This document shows, in pieces, positions 39,410-49,583 of a stretch of DNA of 64,000 nt. The DNA is taken from the NCBI GenBank assembly GCA_963722385.1, contig CAVRKK010000001.1:224001-288000 (forward strand), in the 5' to 3' direction. The notes under the pieces were generated by a model, which was given only the letters and a program-made list of their open reading frames with translations, ran no database searches and was not told where the DNA came from. Source of the DNA: an uncultured bacterium (GTDB taxonomy: Bacteria; Babelota; Babeliae; Babelales; Babelaceae). Position numbers and translations under genes: made by a program. The first letter of the stretch is position 1. Each line of letters begins with the position of its first letter.

Positions 39410-41068
39410 ATGAAAAGTACTCTTTTCGGATGCTTGTGCTTATGGCTTAGCGTCAATACGTTTGTTACTGGTATGAAAGCTGACGAGAAAGAAAAAGAGA
39501 AAGAATACGAAACTCCTCCAAGCAATAGTTCTCAGCATGAACTTGATGAAGGCGAGAAAAAAACAAAATCTGAGTGGAGAGCCGAAGCACAAACTGAGCT
39601 TTTTGATGCTATGACAGAAAGTATTATCAATCGAGTTTGGCAGGGAATTCGTGTAGGTGCCGCAGATGAATTACTTGATTCAGAACTCGTAGGCGCAGCT
39701 GTTGATCTCGAAAAAGCACGTTGAGCCTTGGAAAATGGCGCTGATCCCAATTCGTGGAGAGGTCTCCACTTCGGACTATTTGACCAGGATGAAGAAGAAA
39801 TCTATGAAGAGGAATTTCGAGGGGAATTATCAGGACCTCTCTTACTCGCTTCCCAAATAGGGAACATTGAACTGGCCAAATTGCTTATCGAGTATGGCGC
39901 TCATATTGATTTACCTGATGTCCGCAACATAACACCGTTAGGAAACGCTATAGATAATGGTTATTATCAGTTGGCACGCGCCTTGCTTGAGCATGGTGCA
40001 GCTATTTCTTTCGAACATATATGTGCAGAATTAGCAAAAGGGGAGGACTATAAGGGTAATCCTGCTCCAACAAGCCTAGATTTTGTTAAATTACTTATTG
40101 CGTATGGCTTTAACCTTCATAATCACATTCGACCTCTATCTGCATATTTAGAAGCAATGTTGAGGTCACTTAATGAGACCATCCAGCAACTTGAGAATCC
40201 CCAGGAACTAGAAAAAAGTAGAGCATTATCGCAAACATCAAATCAATTAGGTGATGTACCCGGCTTAAGGCACATGGGCTACTTATCTTGGTTGCTCGAG
40301 AATGCCGAAGATCCTCAATTCATAGCAAACTATAAGGCGAAACAAGCACAGATATCAGACCTAGCTTGGGAGCTTGTTTCCTATGGCGCTTTTAATAGCG
40401 ATGAGCTCTTACCTACTTTACGCACGCTCGTAGCTGAGCTCAACGTACCTGAACTTCTGCAGGCTATCCTTTTTGATACCGATAAAGCTCTAGAACGCCT
40501 CAAAGAATTCACTTTCTATAATCCTGATACTGATCAATCTCACAAAATTTCCCTTGTTAATGCAAGCCTCGCCTTAGCAGCCGCATATGGAAACTTACAG
40601 ATCATAGCATTTATTGTTGAAAATCTAAGGTCATTTCTTACTGATGATGCCACCGATAAAGCATTCGCCCGCACAGCTTTTGCAGGGCAACTTCGTGTAT
40701 TGCATATTTTAAGGCTGTTAATATCTGATGATCGCCTTTTAACTCTCATCACTGAAAACTTACAAATAATAGCTGCCCAACAGCGCGAAGACGTTGTTAT
40801 ATATCTTATGACGCTTGCCGAAGAGCTTCCTACCTATCCAAGGATTGATATTCTACCAGTAAGTAATTTTCTGAGCATCCTACTTCGTAATCAAAAATTA
40901 CCAGACAAAACTAAGAACAATTACCTCCGGATTCAAAATTTTCTATGGAGTTACCTGCTTAATCATATTGCAACAAGCACCACACCGAGCCATTTGGGCC
41001 AATTGCCACCCGAGCTCCACTTCCACCTTGCAAAATTCATAAGCCCAGGTAAATTCAATGCAAAATAG
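39410..41068 (+). pseudogene. Ankyrin/F-box-like paralogue 1 with internal nonsense codon
   Basis: In-frame TGA at 39722-39724 where paralogue 3 has CGA (GCACGT-TGA-GCCTTG vs GCACGT-CGA-GCCTTG); otherwise colinear with 42861-44528. Confidence 0.9.
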
Positions 41069-41101
41069 TTAACGATTTTATAGCTTTAAATTAAGGATTT
41101 T

Positions 41102-42826
41102 ATGAAAAAAAATGCACTTATAGGATTCATCAGCTTATGGCTCAGTGCTCATACTTTTGTTATGGGTATGGAGGATGGAAAAAGATCTGCGCCTGAGAGA
41201 GAAAAAAAGAAAGAGTACGAAACTCCTCCAAGCAAAAGATCCCGGCATGAAGTTGAAGAAGCTGAAGAAAAAAATAAACCTGCATGGAGCGCTGAAGCCC
41301 AAACCGAGCTTTTTAATGCAATATCAGGAAGCAATATCCATCAGGCTCGGTGGGCGCTTATTGGCTCAATGGACGTGACGCAGCAACTTGGAGATCTTGC
41401 ACGGGTAAGTATTGATCTCCAAAAAGCACGTAACGCTTTAGAAAATGGCGCTGATCCCAATTCATGGCACGACCTACATTTTGGCCTTCTTGATCCAGGC
41501 GAAGTAGAAGATCTTGGTACAGCTCTATCGAGCCCTTTATTATTCTCCACTCACATAGGAAATGCAGAATTGGTTGAGCTCCTTATCGAATTTGGTGCCG
41601 ATGTTAATGCAACATTGGCCGGAGATTTGCTGCCTTTAGAAAACGCTCTACATCTTGGTTATTATGCTGTAGCTCAAACCTTGCTTGCGCATGGCGCATC
41701 TATCGTGCCACAAGTGCTTGAGTCGTCAATAAGAGGGAATCTTAAGGATGAATATCAAGCCTTAGACTTTACTAAGTTACTTCTCGCCTACGGTCTTAAT
41801 CTTCACGACTTTACTGCAATACGTTGCCTATCGAAGTTCCTGACGAAGGAGATAAGGAGCCTTCGTAAGCATGTCAAGCAACTCGAAGACCCTGAGGAAA
41901 TAAAAAAGAATAAAGCTGAGTTGGCAAGGATTGAAACTCAATTATCAAAAGAAACACTTTCGGCAGATGGAAGATGTGTTATACGCACTCGCCCAGGGAT
42001 GACTGAATACTCAAGCATCCTTCCACAGGACCGCAGCATTCTTTCTTATCAAATTAAGCTAGCCGAAGATCCTCAATATATCGCAAACCAAAAAACTAAA
42101 CTCTCAAAATTATTGGAGCTCGCGCGGTGGCTTATTTCCTCTGGTGCATATAACGGCGATACGTTCCTGCCTCCTTTACGCATATTATTAGCCGAACTCA
42201 ACATGCCTGCGCTTCTTCAAGATATTCTTTTTGATACCGACAAAGCTCTAGAAAGCCTCAAAGAATTCACTTTCTATAATCCTGATATTTATCAACCTCA
42301 CGACATTTCCCTTGTTAATGCAAGCCTCGCCTTAGCAGCGGCATATGGAAACTTACGCATCGTAGAGTTTATTGTTGAAAAAATAAAATCATTTCTTACT
42401 GATGATGTCATCAATAACGCATTCGCCCGCGCCGCATTTGCAGGGCAACTTGCTGTATTGCACATTTTGAGACCGTTAATATCCGACGATCGCCTATTAA
42501 ATCTCATCCACGAAAGCCTTCCAATAGCATCTATACAACAGCACAAAGACGTTGTTATATATCTTATTACGCTTACTAAAGAGCTTCCTAACAATCCAAA
42601 GATTGATTTTGTGTCAATAAGTAACTTTTTGAGCATCTTACTGCGCAATAAAAATTTATCACAAGAAACCAAAAATAATTACCTTTGGATTCAAAACTTT
42701 CTGTGGAGTTCTCTGCTTAACGGTATTGGCACAAGCACCACACCGAGCCATTTGGGCCAATTGCCGCCCGAGCTCCACTTCCACCTCGCAAAATTCATAA
42801 GCGCAGGTAAATTCAGCGCAAAATAG
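41102..42826 (+). CDS. Exported ankyrin-repeat protein with C-terminal F-box-like motif (paralogue 2)
   Basis: Signal peptide ending VMG-MED, SPLLFSTHIGNAELVELLIEFGADVN, tail LGQLPPELHFHLAKFI. Confidence 0.88.
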   Translation: MKKNALIGFISLWLSAHTFVMGMEDGKRSAPEREKKKEYETPPSKRSRHEVEEAEEKNKPAWSAEAQTELFNAISGSNIHQARWALIGSMDVTQQLGDLARVSIDLQKARNALENGADPNSWHDLHFGLLDPGEVEDLGTALSSPLLFSTHIGNAELVELLIEFGADVNATLAGDLLPLENALHLGYYAVAQTLLAHGASIVPQVLESSIRGNLKDEYQALDFTKLLLAYGLNLHDFTAIRCLSKFLTKEIRSLRKHVKQLEDPEEIKKNKAELARIETQLSKETLSADGRCVIRTRPGMTEYSSILPQDRSILSYQIKLAEDPQYIANQKTKLSKLLELARWLISSGAYNGDTFLPPLRILLAELNMPALLQDILFDTDKALESLKEFTFYNPDIYQPHDISLVNASLALAAAYGNLRIVEFIVEKIKSFLTDDVINNAFARAAFAGQLAVLHILRPLISDDRLLNLIHESLPIASIQQHKDVVIYLITLTKELPNNPKIDFVSISNFLSILLRNKNLSQETKNNYLWIQNFLWSSLLNGIGTSTTPSHLGQLPPELHFHLAKFISAGKFSAK

Positions 42827-42860
42827 GTAAATGCTTTATAGCTTTTGAATTAAGGACTTT

Positions 42861-44528
42861 ATGAAAAAAAATGCACTTATAGGACTCATCTGCTTATGGC
42901 TCAGTGCTCATACCTTGGTTATAGGTATGGAGGACGGAAAAAGGTCTGAACCTGAGAGAGAAAAAGAAAAAGAGTATGAAACTCCTCCAAGCAATAGTTC
43001 TCAGCATGAACTTGATGCAGGCGAGAAAAAAACAAAATCTGAGTGGAGCGCCGAAGCACAAACTGAGCTTTTTGATGCTATGACAGAAAGTATTATCAAT
43101 CGAGTTTGGCAGGGAATTCATGTACATATGGTGGACGAACTACTTGATGCAGAACTCGCAGGCACAGCTGTTGATCTCGAAAAAGCACGTCGAGCCTTGG
43201 AAAATGGCGCTGATCCCAATTCGTGGAGAGGCCTCCACTTCGGACTGTTTGACCAGGATGAAGAAGAAATCTACGAAGAGGAATTTCGAGGGGAATTATC
43301 AAGACCTCTCTTGCTCGCTTCACAAATAGGGAACATTGAACTGGCCAAATTGCTTATCGAGTATGGCGCTCATATTGATTTACCTGATGTCCGCGACGTA
43401 ACACCATTAGAAAACGCTATATATAATGGTTATTATCAATTGGCGCGCATCTTCCTTGAGCATGGTGCAGCTATTTCTTTCGAACATATATGTGTAGAAT
43501 TAGCAAAAGGGAACTATAAGAGTAACCCTCCCCCAACAAGCTTAGATTTTTTTAAATTACTTATTGCATATGGCTTTAGCCTTCACGATCACATTCGGCC
43601 TCTATCTCCGTATTTACTAGCAACGTTGAGGTCGCTTAACGAAGCCATCCAGCAACTTGAGAATCCCCAAGAACTAAAAAAAAATAGGGCATTGGCGCAA
43701 AAGTCAGGCCAATTAGCTGATATGTCCCAATTAACGCGAATAGCCCATTTAGCTTGGTTGTTCGATAATGCTGAAGATCCTCAATTCATAGCAAACTATA
43801 AGATGCGACAAGCACAGCTATCAGACCTGGCTTGGGAGCTTGTTTCCTGTGGGGCTTTTAATAGCGATGAGCTTTTACCTATTTTACGCACGCTCGTAGC
43901 GAAGCTCAACATGCCTGAACTTCTGCAGGCTATCCTTTTTGATACCGATAAAGCTCTAGAAAGCCTCAAAAAATTCACTAATCCTGATACTGATCAACCT
44001 CACGACATTTCCCTTGTTAATGCTGGCCTCACCTTAGCATCCGCATATGGAAACTTACAGATCATAGCATTTATTGTTGAAAATCTAAGGTCATTTCTTA
44101 CTGACGATATCATCGATAAAGCATTCGCTCGCGCAGCATTGTCAGGGCAGCTTCCTGCATTGCATATTTTAAGGCTGTTAATATCTGATGATCGCCTTTT
44201 AACTCTCATCACTGAAAACTTACAAATAATAGCTGCACAACAGCGCGAAGACGTTGTTATATATCTTATGACGCTTGCCGAAGAGCTTCCTACCAATCCA
44301 AGGATTGATATTCTACCAATAAGTAATTTTCTGAGCATCCTACTTCGTAATCAAAAATTACCTGACAAAACTAAGAACAATTACCTCCGGATTCAAAATT
44401 TTCTATGGAGTTACCTGCTTAACCGTATTGCAAACGGCCATACACCGAATCATTTGAGCCAATTACCACCCGAGCTCCATTTTCACCTTGCAAAATTCAT
44501 AGGCTCAGGTAAATTCAGCAAAAAGTAG
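42861..44528 (+). CDS. Exported ankyrin-repeat protein with C-terminal F-box-like motif (paralogue 3)
   Basis: Signal peptide ending VIG-MED, PLLLASQIGNIELAKLLIEYGA, tail LSQLPPELHFHLAKFI. Confidence 0.88.
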   Translation: MKKNALIGLICLWLSAHTLVIGMEDGKRSEPEREKEKEYETPPSNSSQHELDAGEKKTKSEWSAEAQTELFDAMTESIINRVWQGIHVHMVDELLDAELAGTAVDLEKARRALENGADPNSWRGLHFGLFDQDEEEIYEEEFRGELSRPLLLASQIGNIELAKLLIEYGAHIDLPDVRDVTPLENAIYNGYYQLARIFLEHGAAISFEHICVELAKGNYKSNPPPTSLDFFKLLIAYGFSLHDHIRPLSPYLLATLRSLNEAIQQLENPQELKKNRALAQKSGQLADMSQLTRIAHLAWLFDNAEDPQFIANYKMRQAQLSDLAWELVSCGAFNSDELLPILRTLVAKLNMPELLQAILFDTDKALESLKKFTNPDTDQPHDISLVNAGLTLASAYGNLQIIAFIVENLRSFLTDDIIDKAFARAALSGQLPALHILRLLISDDRLLTLITENLQIIAAQQREDVVIYLMTLAEELPTNPRIDILPISNFLSILLRNQKLPDKTKNNYLRIQNFLWSYLLNRIANGHTPNHLSQLPPELHFHLAKFIGSGKFSKK

Positions 44529-44811
44529 GCCAAGAGCTTTCTTTTTAAGAGTAGTCACGTTGCTATCACCATAGCGCACGATCCAACTGCCCTGCAAGCC
44601 ATGTGGATAAATGAACGCTCAAGGGAAACTCAGCTCAAAAACTTGGGTCGCTCACTAAGGGAGCAGGCCCGAGTCTGCTCCCTTATCATCAAGCAAATGA
44701 TGCAGGTACTGCTCTGGATTATCTACAAAAGATTTGGTGATGAGATGAGGATCATTTTCATGTGCCATTGCCTCAAAATGCCCTGTTGTAGGGCACGTTT
44801 TTCCTCGAGAA

Positions 44812-44839
44812 GGCTCGTATAAGAGCTCTTATGTTAAGA
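44812..44839 (+). other. dif-like XerC/XerD site candidate
   Basis: GGCTCGTATAA-GAGCTC-TTATGTTAAGA: 11-6-11 layout, 8/11 and 9/11 identity to E. coli dif arms. Confidence 0.4.
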
Positions 44840-45584
44840 TTTGGGTGTATAGGGAAGCCATAGTGCTATATCTCCAAGAATAGCGTCATATGTCTGCCCT
44901 AAACTACGTGTTTGATTATTCAAAGTGCTCAAGAGTGTTAGCTTCTGTTTCAGAAATTTTTTGAAGAGTAAGTTCCTTGCTTCTGTTTTTTGCTCAAGCT
45001 TTCGTGCTGCCTGGTATTGTTTCTCAAGGCTTTGCAGATCCCTGGCATAAAGACTTCTTGCTCTTGCGAGCTTAGTCCGATATGCGGTTTCAAGCTCCTG
45101 TTTGGTAAAGGTAGATTTAGTCAGGCCTAAAACTGAAGGATCATAGCTAACACCAAATGCCCCATATAGGATTCCTGATAAGAACCTTAGTCAAGATCTA
45201 CCTATTCCCTGAACCGGAACATATTCAGCCCCATTTTTTGATTCACTCAGATTCTGTTTAACGCTGTTTAAAGTAGCCCGTGCATTATTTGCGAGAACCT
45301 TAGCATTAGACTCACTATGGTCTCTCCGCTTGGCGCTGTTACGATAGGAATATTTTCTGCTGCTGTGGATGATGAAGGTTCTGTAACCGGTGGAGAAGTA
45401 TCTTTTTCAGTCGAGGGAGATGTCTCAGGTGAAGTAGCAGGTGGTTGTATATCTGGTTGCTTCGGCCTTTGCCATAGAGGCTCCCCAATTATTCTGGTAA
45501 TTGCTTTTTGCTGGGTTCATTCATAGCTCCTAAGCTACATACAAAAAAACTAATTATTGCTAACAAAATTTTACCATAATACAT
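44834..45584 (-). pseudogene. Degraded exported protein gene with J-domain-like fragment
   Basis: GAGGT SD, MYYGKILLAIISFFVCSLGA-MNEP then stop; Pro/Ser/Thr linker in another frame; VLGLTKSTFTKQELETAYRTKLAR fragment; 3' limit uncertain. Confidence 0.6.
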
Positions 45585-45812
45585 TATGTTACCTCACCCT
45601 CTATATACCTATTTTTCATCATTATAACTACTAAGATAAATAAAAATCAATAGTATTATTATTCTGTTTAATATTTTTGGTTTTTTTCTATTAGATCATT
45701 GGGAGCTGCGCTAGTTCTTTGATAGGCATAAAATATTGTTCCGAGCACCTTACTGTGCCTCAAAAATTACCCACCCGAGCTACCGCTTCCATCTTGCAAA
45801 AATAAGCTCAGA

Positions 45813-46730
45813 TCAGCACGAAGTAGACAAAGGGCTTTCTTTTTTAAGGGCAATTTGTACGTGCCGGTAAAAATAAAGCACAAGCCCTGTTACCACCAAA
45901 GCTCCGGCGATCATAACATTAACAGATGGCCGTTCATTAAATAAAATCCACCCGTAGAGTGCTGCGAAAAGCGGTGACAAGAAGCTCATGACTGTCATCG
46001 TGGTGGAACTATAGCGCTTGAGAATGGCCGCCTGTAAATGGGCCGATATGACATTACTTAAGATAATATTAAGGAAAAGCAATTGAATAAAAAGAAAAGC
46101 ATTCCCCTTAATCCAGACCGACTCGGTCCAAAACGAAGCATTAAACGTAAAAATACCTGCAAAAAACATCGTTAAGCCATTGGCCAAAAGGGGAGAGCAT
46201 TGACGATGACGAACCAATTGTTGCATAATAAGAAGGCTATAGCTAAATGAAAGTACCGCCATAAGTACGAAAACGTCAGCATACGATATATGGGTGACAA
46301 GCTCTTTAACGCTTTGAGGCTGCCCATTAAGAAATAAAGGAATCAGGCCGGTAAAGCCAATGACCAACCCCAGCAGTTGTATAAGGGTTAAGCGCTCTTT
46401 TAAGAAAAAATAGGTCAAAAGAGCTGAGAAAAAAGGCGCAAAATTAAACAACAATGCTATTTTAACGGCCGGTAGGTACTGAAGCGCCCATGCCCTACCG
46501 GCAGCGGGTATAACAACACCGAGCAACGCAAACTGCCCAATAAGAAACCAATCCTTAAGCCCAAGCGCCTGGAGGCGGATATTTTGCATATGCGCGTATG
46601 CGCATAAAGCTATACCCGAAATCAGCATTCGGACGCCCACAAAAAAAAGCGGCGATGCATATGCAAGCAAAACCTTGCCCAAGGTAATGGTAAAGCCAGA
46701 AATAGCATATAAGAGCACAATCAAAATCAT
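45813..46730 (-). CDS. DMT/EamA family transporter
   Basis: About 10 TMs in two EamA repeats (P.FFVGVRMLISG, FLSPLFAALYGWILFNE). Confidence 0.9.
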   Translation of the reverse strand: MILIVLLYAISGFTITLGKVLLAYASPLFFVGVRMLISGIALCAYAHMQNIRLQALGLKDWFLIGQFALLGVVIPAAGRAWALQYLPAVKIALLFNFAPFFSALLTYFFLKERLTLIQLLGLVIGFTGLIPLFLNGQPQSVKELVTHISYADVFVLMAVLSFSYSLLIMQQLVRHRQCSPLLANGLTMFFAGIFTFNASFWTESVWIKGNAFLFIQLLFLNIILSNVISAHLQAAILKRYSSTTMTVMSFLSPLFAALYGWILFNERPSVNVMIAGALVVTGLVLYFYRHVQIALKKESPLSTSC

Positions 46731-46872
46731 ACCAGCCCTATTTCAAAGCTTATCATTATGCGCTTTACAAGCTACCATTTTTTTTAGAATAAGTCTCCAA
46801 AAGAAAAAGATTTGCACGTATAAGTTCTTTTTAATCGCTCTTTTGGTATAATAAAGAAGAAACAGGTCCTTT

Positions 46873-48504
46873 ATGCACAGATATATTTTTATTACTGGCG
46901 GTGTCATATCTTCTCTGGGCAAGGGCATCGCTGCCGGCGGTATTGCAGCTTTACTCGAAGCCAAGGGGCTTTCGGTTTCATTTCTTAAGTTAGACCCTTA
47001 CCTCAATCTTGACCCCGGCACCATGAACCCTTATCAACATGGCGAAGTCTATGTCACCGAAGATGGCGCAGAAACCGATTTAGATTTAGGCCACTATGAG
47101 CGATTTAGCAGCACAATTCTTTCCAAAAACAATTCCACCACAGCAGGCACAATTTATGCCCAGCTCCTCCAAAAAGAGCGGAGTGGCGGCTTCCTCGGCA
47201 AAACGGTACAAACGGTTCCCCATTTTACGAACGAAATAAAAGAATACATTTATCAAGTAGGCAGAAGCGCTGATATCGCCATTGTTGAAATTGGCGGAAC
47301 TATCGGTGACATTGAAAGCCTTCCCTTTGTTGAGGCTATTCGGCAAATACGACTTGATCATAAAAATCGTTGCGCTTTTGTTCATATAACCTATATTCCC
47401 TATATAGCAGTCGTTGATGAGCTCAAAACAAAACCAACACAACACTCAGTCAAGGCACTTCTTTCGTTAGGTATTCAGCCAGATATTATTATTGGCAGAG
47501 CCGAGAAAGCGCTAACCCAAGATATCAAGCAAAAGATAGCACTGTTTACGAACGTTGATACAGAAGCCATCATATCAGCGCCCGACCTTAAAAACATTTA
47601 CGAAATACCTCTTATATTCTATGAACAAAAATTAGATAGCGTGCTCAGTAATCATCTTGAGCTCTCTTGCCAAAGGCCAATCCTTACCAAATGGCATACG
47701 TTTATCGAAAGCATCTCTACGCTGCATGATGCCGTCAATATAGCTATCGTAGGCAAATATGTAAATTTACCTGACGCTTATAAAAGCATAACCGAAGCGC
47801 TCATTCACGCTCAGGCTCCTAACAACACACGAGTTATGGTCAATTGGATTGACGCCGAGCAGCTAACGAGCGAAACCACACATCATCGTTTAGAAAACAT
47901 GGATGGTATCTTAGTACCAGGCGGATTTGGCGACCGGGGAGTTAAGGGAAAAATCGCGGCAGCACAATATGCCCGTGAACATAAGGTGCCTTATTTTGGC
48001 ATATGCCTCGGTATGCAGGTTGCCGTCATAGAATTTGCTCGTAATGTACTTGGTCTCAAAGAAGCTAACTCAACAGAATTTGATGCCTCAACGCCGTTTC
48101 CTGTCATTGATCTTATGCAAGAACAAAAAAGTAAAAAAGAATTAGGCGGCACCCTAAGGTTGGGATCATCTCGCTGTACCTTGAAAAGAGGAAGCGCTGC
48201 CGAGACTATTTATGGTATAAATAGTCTTACTGAGCGCCATCGCCATCGCTACGAATTTAATACCCAATTCATCTCACATTATGAAGAAAACGGCTTTGTT
48301 GTAACCGGCTACAACGAACTTCAACAGTTACCTGAAATGATAGAAATTCCTAGCAATCCTTTTTTTATTGCTTGTCAGTTTCATCCCGAATTTAAGAGCA
48401 AACCATTTGCTCCTCACCCTCTGTTTGTGGCATTTGTTAAAGCCGCTTCCGCATACAAGAAGAACCTTGCCAGGCATCTAGAGCTCGCTTGCTGCTTGTA
48501 TTAA
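46873..48504 (+). CDS. pyrG: CTP synthase
   Basis: YIFITGGVISSLGKG, KTKPTQHSV, GICLGMQ, ERHRHRYE, QFHPEF. Confidence 0.99.
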   Translation: MHRYIFITGGVISSLGKGIAAGGIAALLEAKGLSVSFLKLDPYLNLDPGTMNPYQHGEVYVTEDGAETDLDLGHYERFSSTILSKNNSTTAGTIYAQLLQKERSGGFLGKTVQTVPHFTNEIKEYIYQVGRSADIAIVEIGGTIGDIESLPFVEAIRQIRLDHKNRCAFVHITYIPYIAVVDELKTKPTQHSVKALLSLGIQPDIIIGRAEKALTQDIKQKIALFTNVDTEAIISAPDLKNIYEIPLIFYEQKLDSVLSNHLELSCQRPILTKWHTFIESISTLHDAVNIAIVGKYVNLPDAYKSITEALIHAQAPNNTRVMVNWIDAEQLTSETTHHRLENMDGILVPGGFGDRGVKGKIAAAQYAREHKVPYFGICLGMQVAVIEFARNVLGLKEANSTEFDASTPFPVIDLMQEQKSKKELGGTLRLGSSRCTLKRGSAAETIYGINSLTERHRHRYEFNTQFISHYEENGFVVTGYNELQQLPEMIEIPSNPFFIACQFHPEFKSKPFAPHPLFVAFVKAASAYKKNLARHLELACCLY

Positions 48505-48584
48505 CGGCCTCACCTTGTTAAGCTTAATGCTCATGGACTACTTAAAATAACAAATGTATAATCCACCAAGAAAGGTGTCATATT

Positions 48585-48947
48585 ATGAAATTTAATGTTT
48601 TATTTATTTTGCTCATTGCTATATTGGGCAACCAAACCTGCCAAGCGTATCTCTATAGGTTCCATAACACCAGCAAGCAACTTGTCGAGGTAACCGTAAC
48701 CGACCCTGCAACCCATAAAACGCACAATTTTAAGATTGGTTCGAATAAAATACATGATTTAGATCTACCTTCCGAACGCGAACAATATGGTCACCCGGAG
48801 ATTAAGATTAACGGTCAATTTGTTGAACATATCATGGATATTGAGATCATTTGTCATCCGCCTATCATAGGCGAAACTCTTGAAATAAAAAAATCTCCTT
48901 TTGCGCCAAGCGATTGGTGGATCGACTCGGTATGTATCTCAGAATAG
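48585..48947 (+). CDS. Small exported orphan protein
   Basis: AAGG SD, signal peptide ending CQA. Confidence 0.7.
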   Translation: MKFNVLFILLIAILGNQTCQAYLYRFHNTSKQLVEVTVTDPATHKTHNFKIGSNKIHDLDLPSEREQYGHPEIKINGQFVEHIMDIEIICHPPIIGETLEIKKSPFAPSDWWIDSVCISE

Positions 48948-49006
48948 GTTTCCAGTCTCTTTTTTCAAATTCAAGTATATCCATGAGGAACCTGTTATAG
49001 GTTTAG

Positions 49007-49041
49007 CTAGAGCCCCAACCCATAGGTGATCGGGGCTCTAG
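49007..49041. terminator. Hairpin between convergent genes
   Basis: CTAGAGCCCC/GGGGCTCTAG 10-bp stem. Confidence 0.55.
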
Positions 49042-49050
49042 AGCTATAGG

Positions 49051-49497
49051 CTATATTCGCTCATTGAGCTCGGCAGTAACCTCCGCTTCTATCTTCCCAT
49101 GATCGGTGGTAAAAAGCGCATGTAGAGATCCCGTATAAAACTCTTGGGGTGATTTCCAGCAACCCCCCGATTTCGTACGTATAAGCAGCTGCCCATTACT
49201 ATACGCGACATAGCATTCCTTCAGAATTGTTATCGTTTGCTCAATGTCACGCATGGTAAATATATCCCCCTTAACACTCAGCTTGACGGGCAATTGTGTA
49301 CCTGCAGGACAGGCGACAATAAATCGCTCTTTTTGTGAGAAAAATCCCTCTATTTGTTCTTTGGTTAAATTATCCCATTGGATAATAGGCAAAGAAGCAA
49401 GGTCGTCAGCAACCGCACAAACAGGTGCGTGATTCATGCTTGCCTGATGAGCAGCAAAGAGAGAAAGCGCAATGGCAAAAACTCGCATACTATACAT
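49051..49497 (-). CDS. Exported protein of unknown function, probable BlaI-regulated gene
   Basis: AAGGAG SD, signal peptide, operator palindrome directly upstream. Confidence 0.75.
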   Translation of the reverse strand: MYSMRVFAIALSLFAAHQASMNHAPVCAVADDLASLPIIQWDNLTKEQIEGFFSQKERFIVACPAGTQLPVKLSVKGDIFTMRDIEQTITILKECYVAYSNGQLLIRTKSGGCWKSPQEFYTGSLHALFTTDHGKIEAEVTAELNERI

Positions 49498-49507
49498 GAT
49501 ATCTCCT

Positions 49508-49523
49508 TACTACATTTGTAGTA
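49508..49523. promoter_or_regulatory. BlaI/MecI/CopY-type operator
   Basis: TACTACA-TT-TGTAGTA containing the TACAnnTGTA core. Confidence 0.75.
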
Positions 49524-49583
49524 GTTTCGGTAAAAAAAATAATCATTTAACAAGAAATTTTGATACTCTATCACCTACCTTTC

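Noticed and set aside
39722..39724. TGA read-through or alternative genetic code
   Set aside because: The paralogue has CGA (Arg), so this is a C-to-T mutation; TGA ends other genes here (e.g. zapA, serS) and Trp is encoded by TGG
45572..45592. Second dif-like sequence (CCATAATACATTATGTTACC)
   Set aside because: Central spacer is 4 bp rather than 6, and it coincides with the pseudogene start codon and SD
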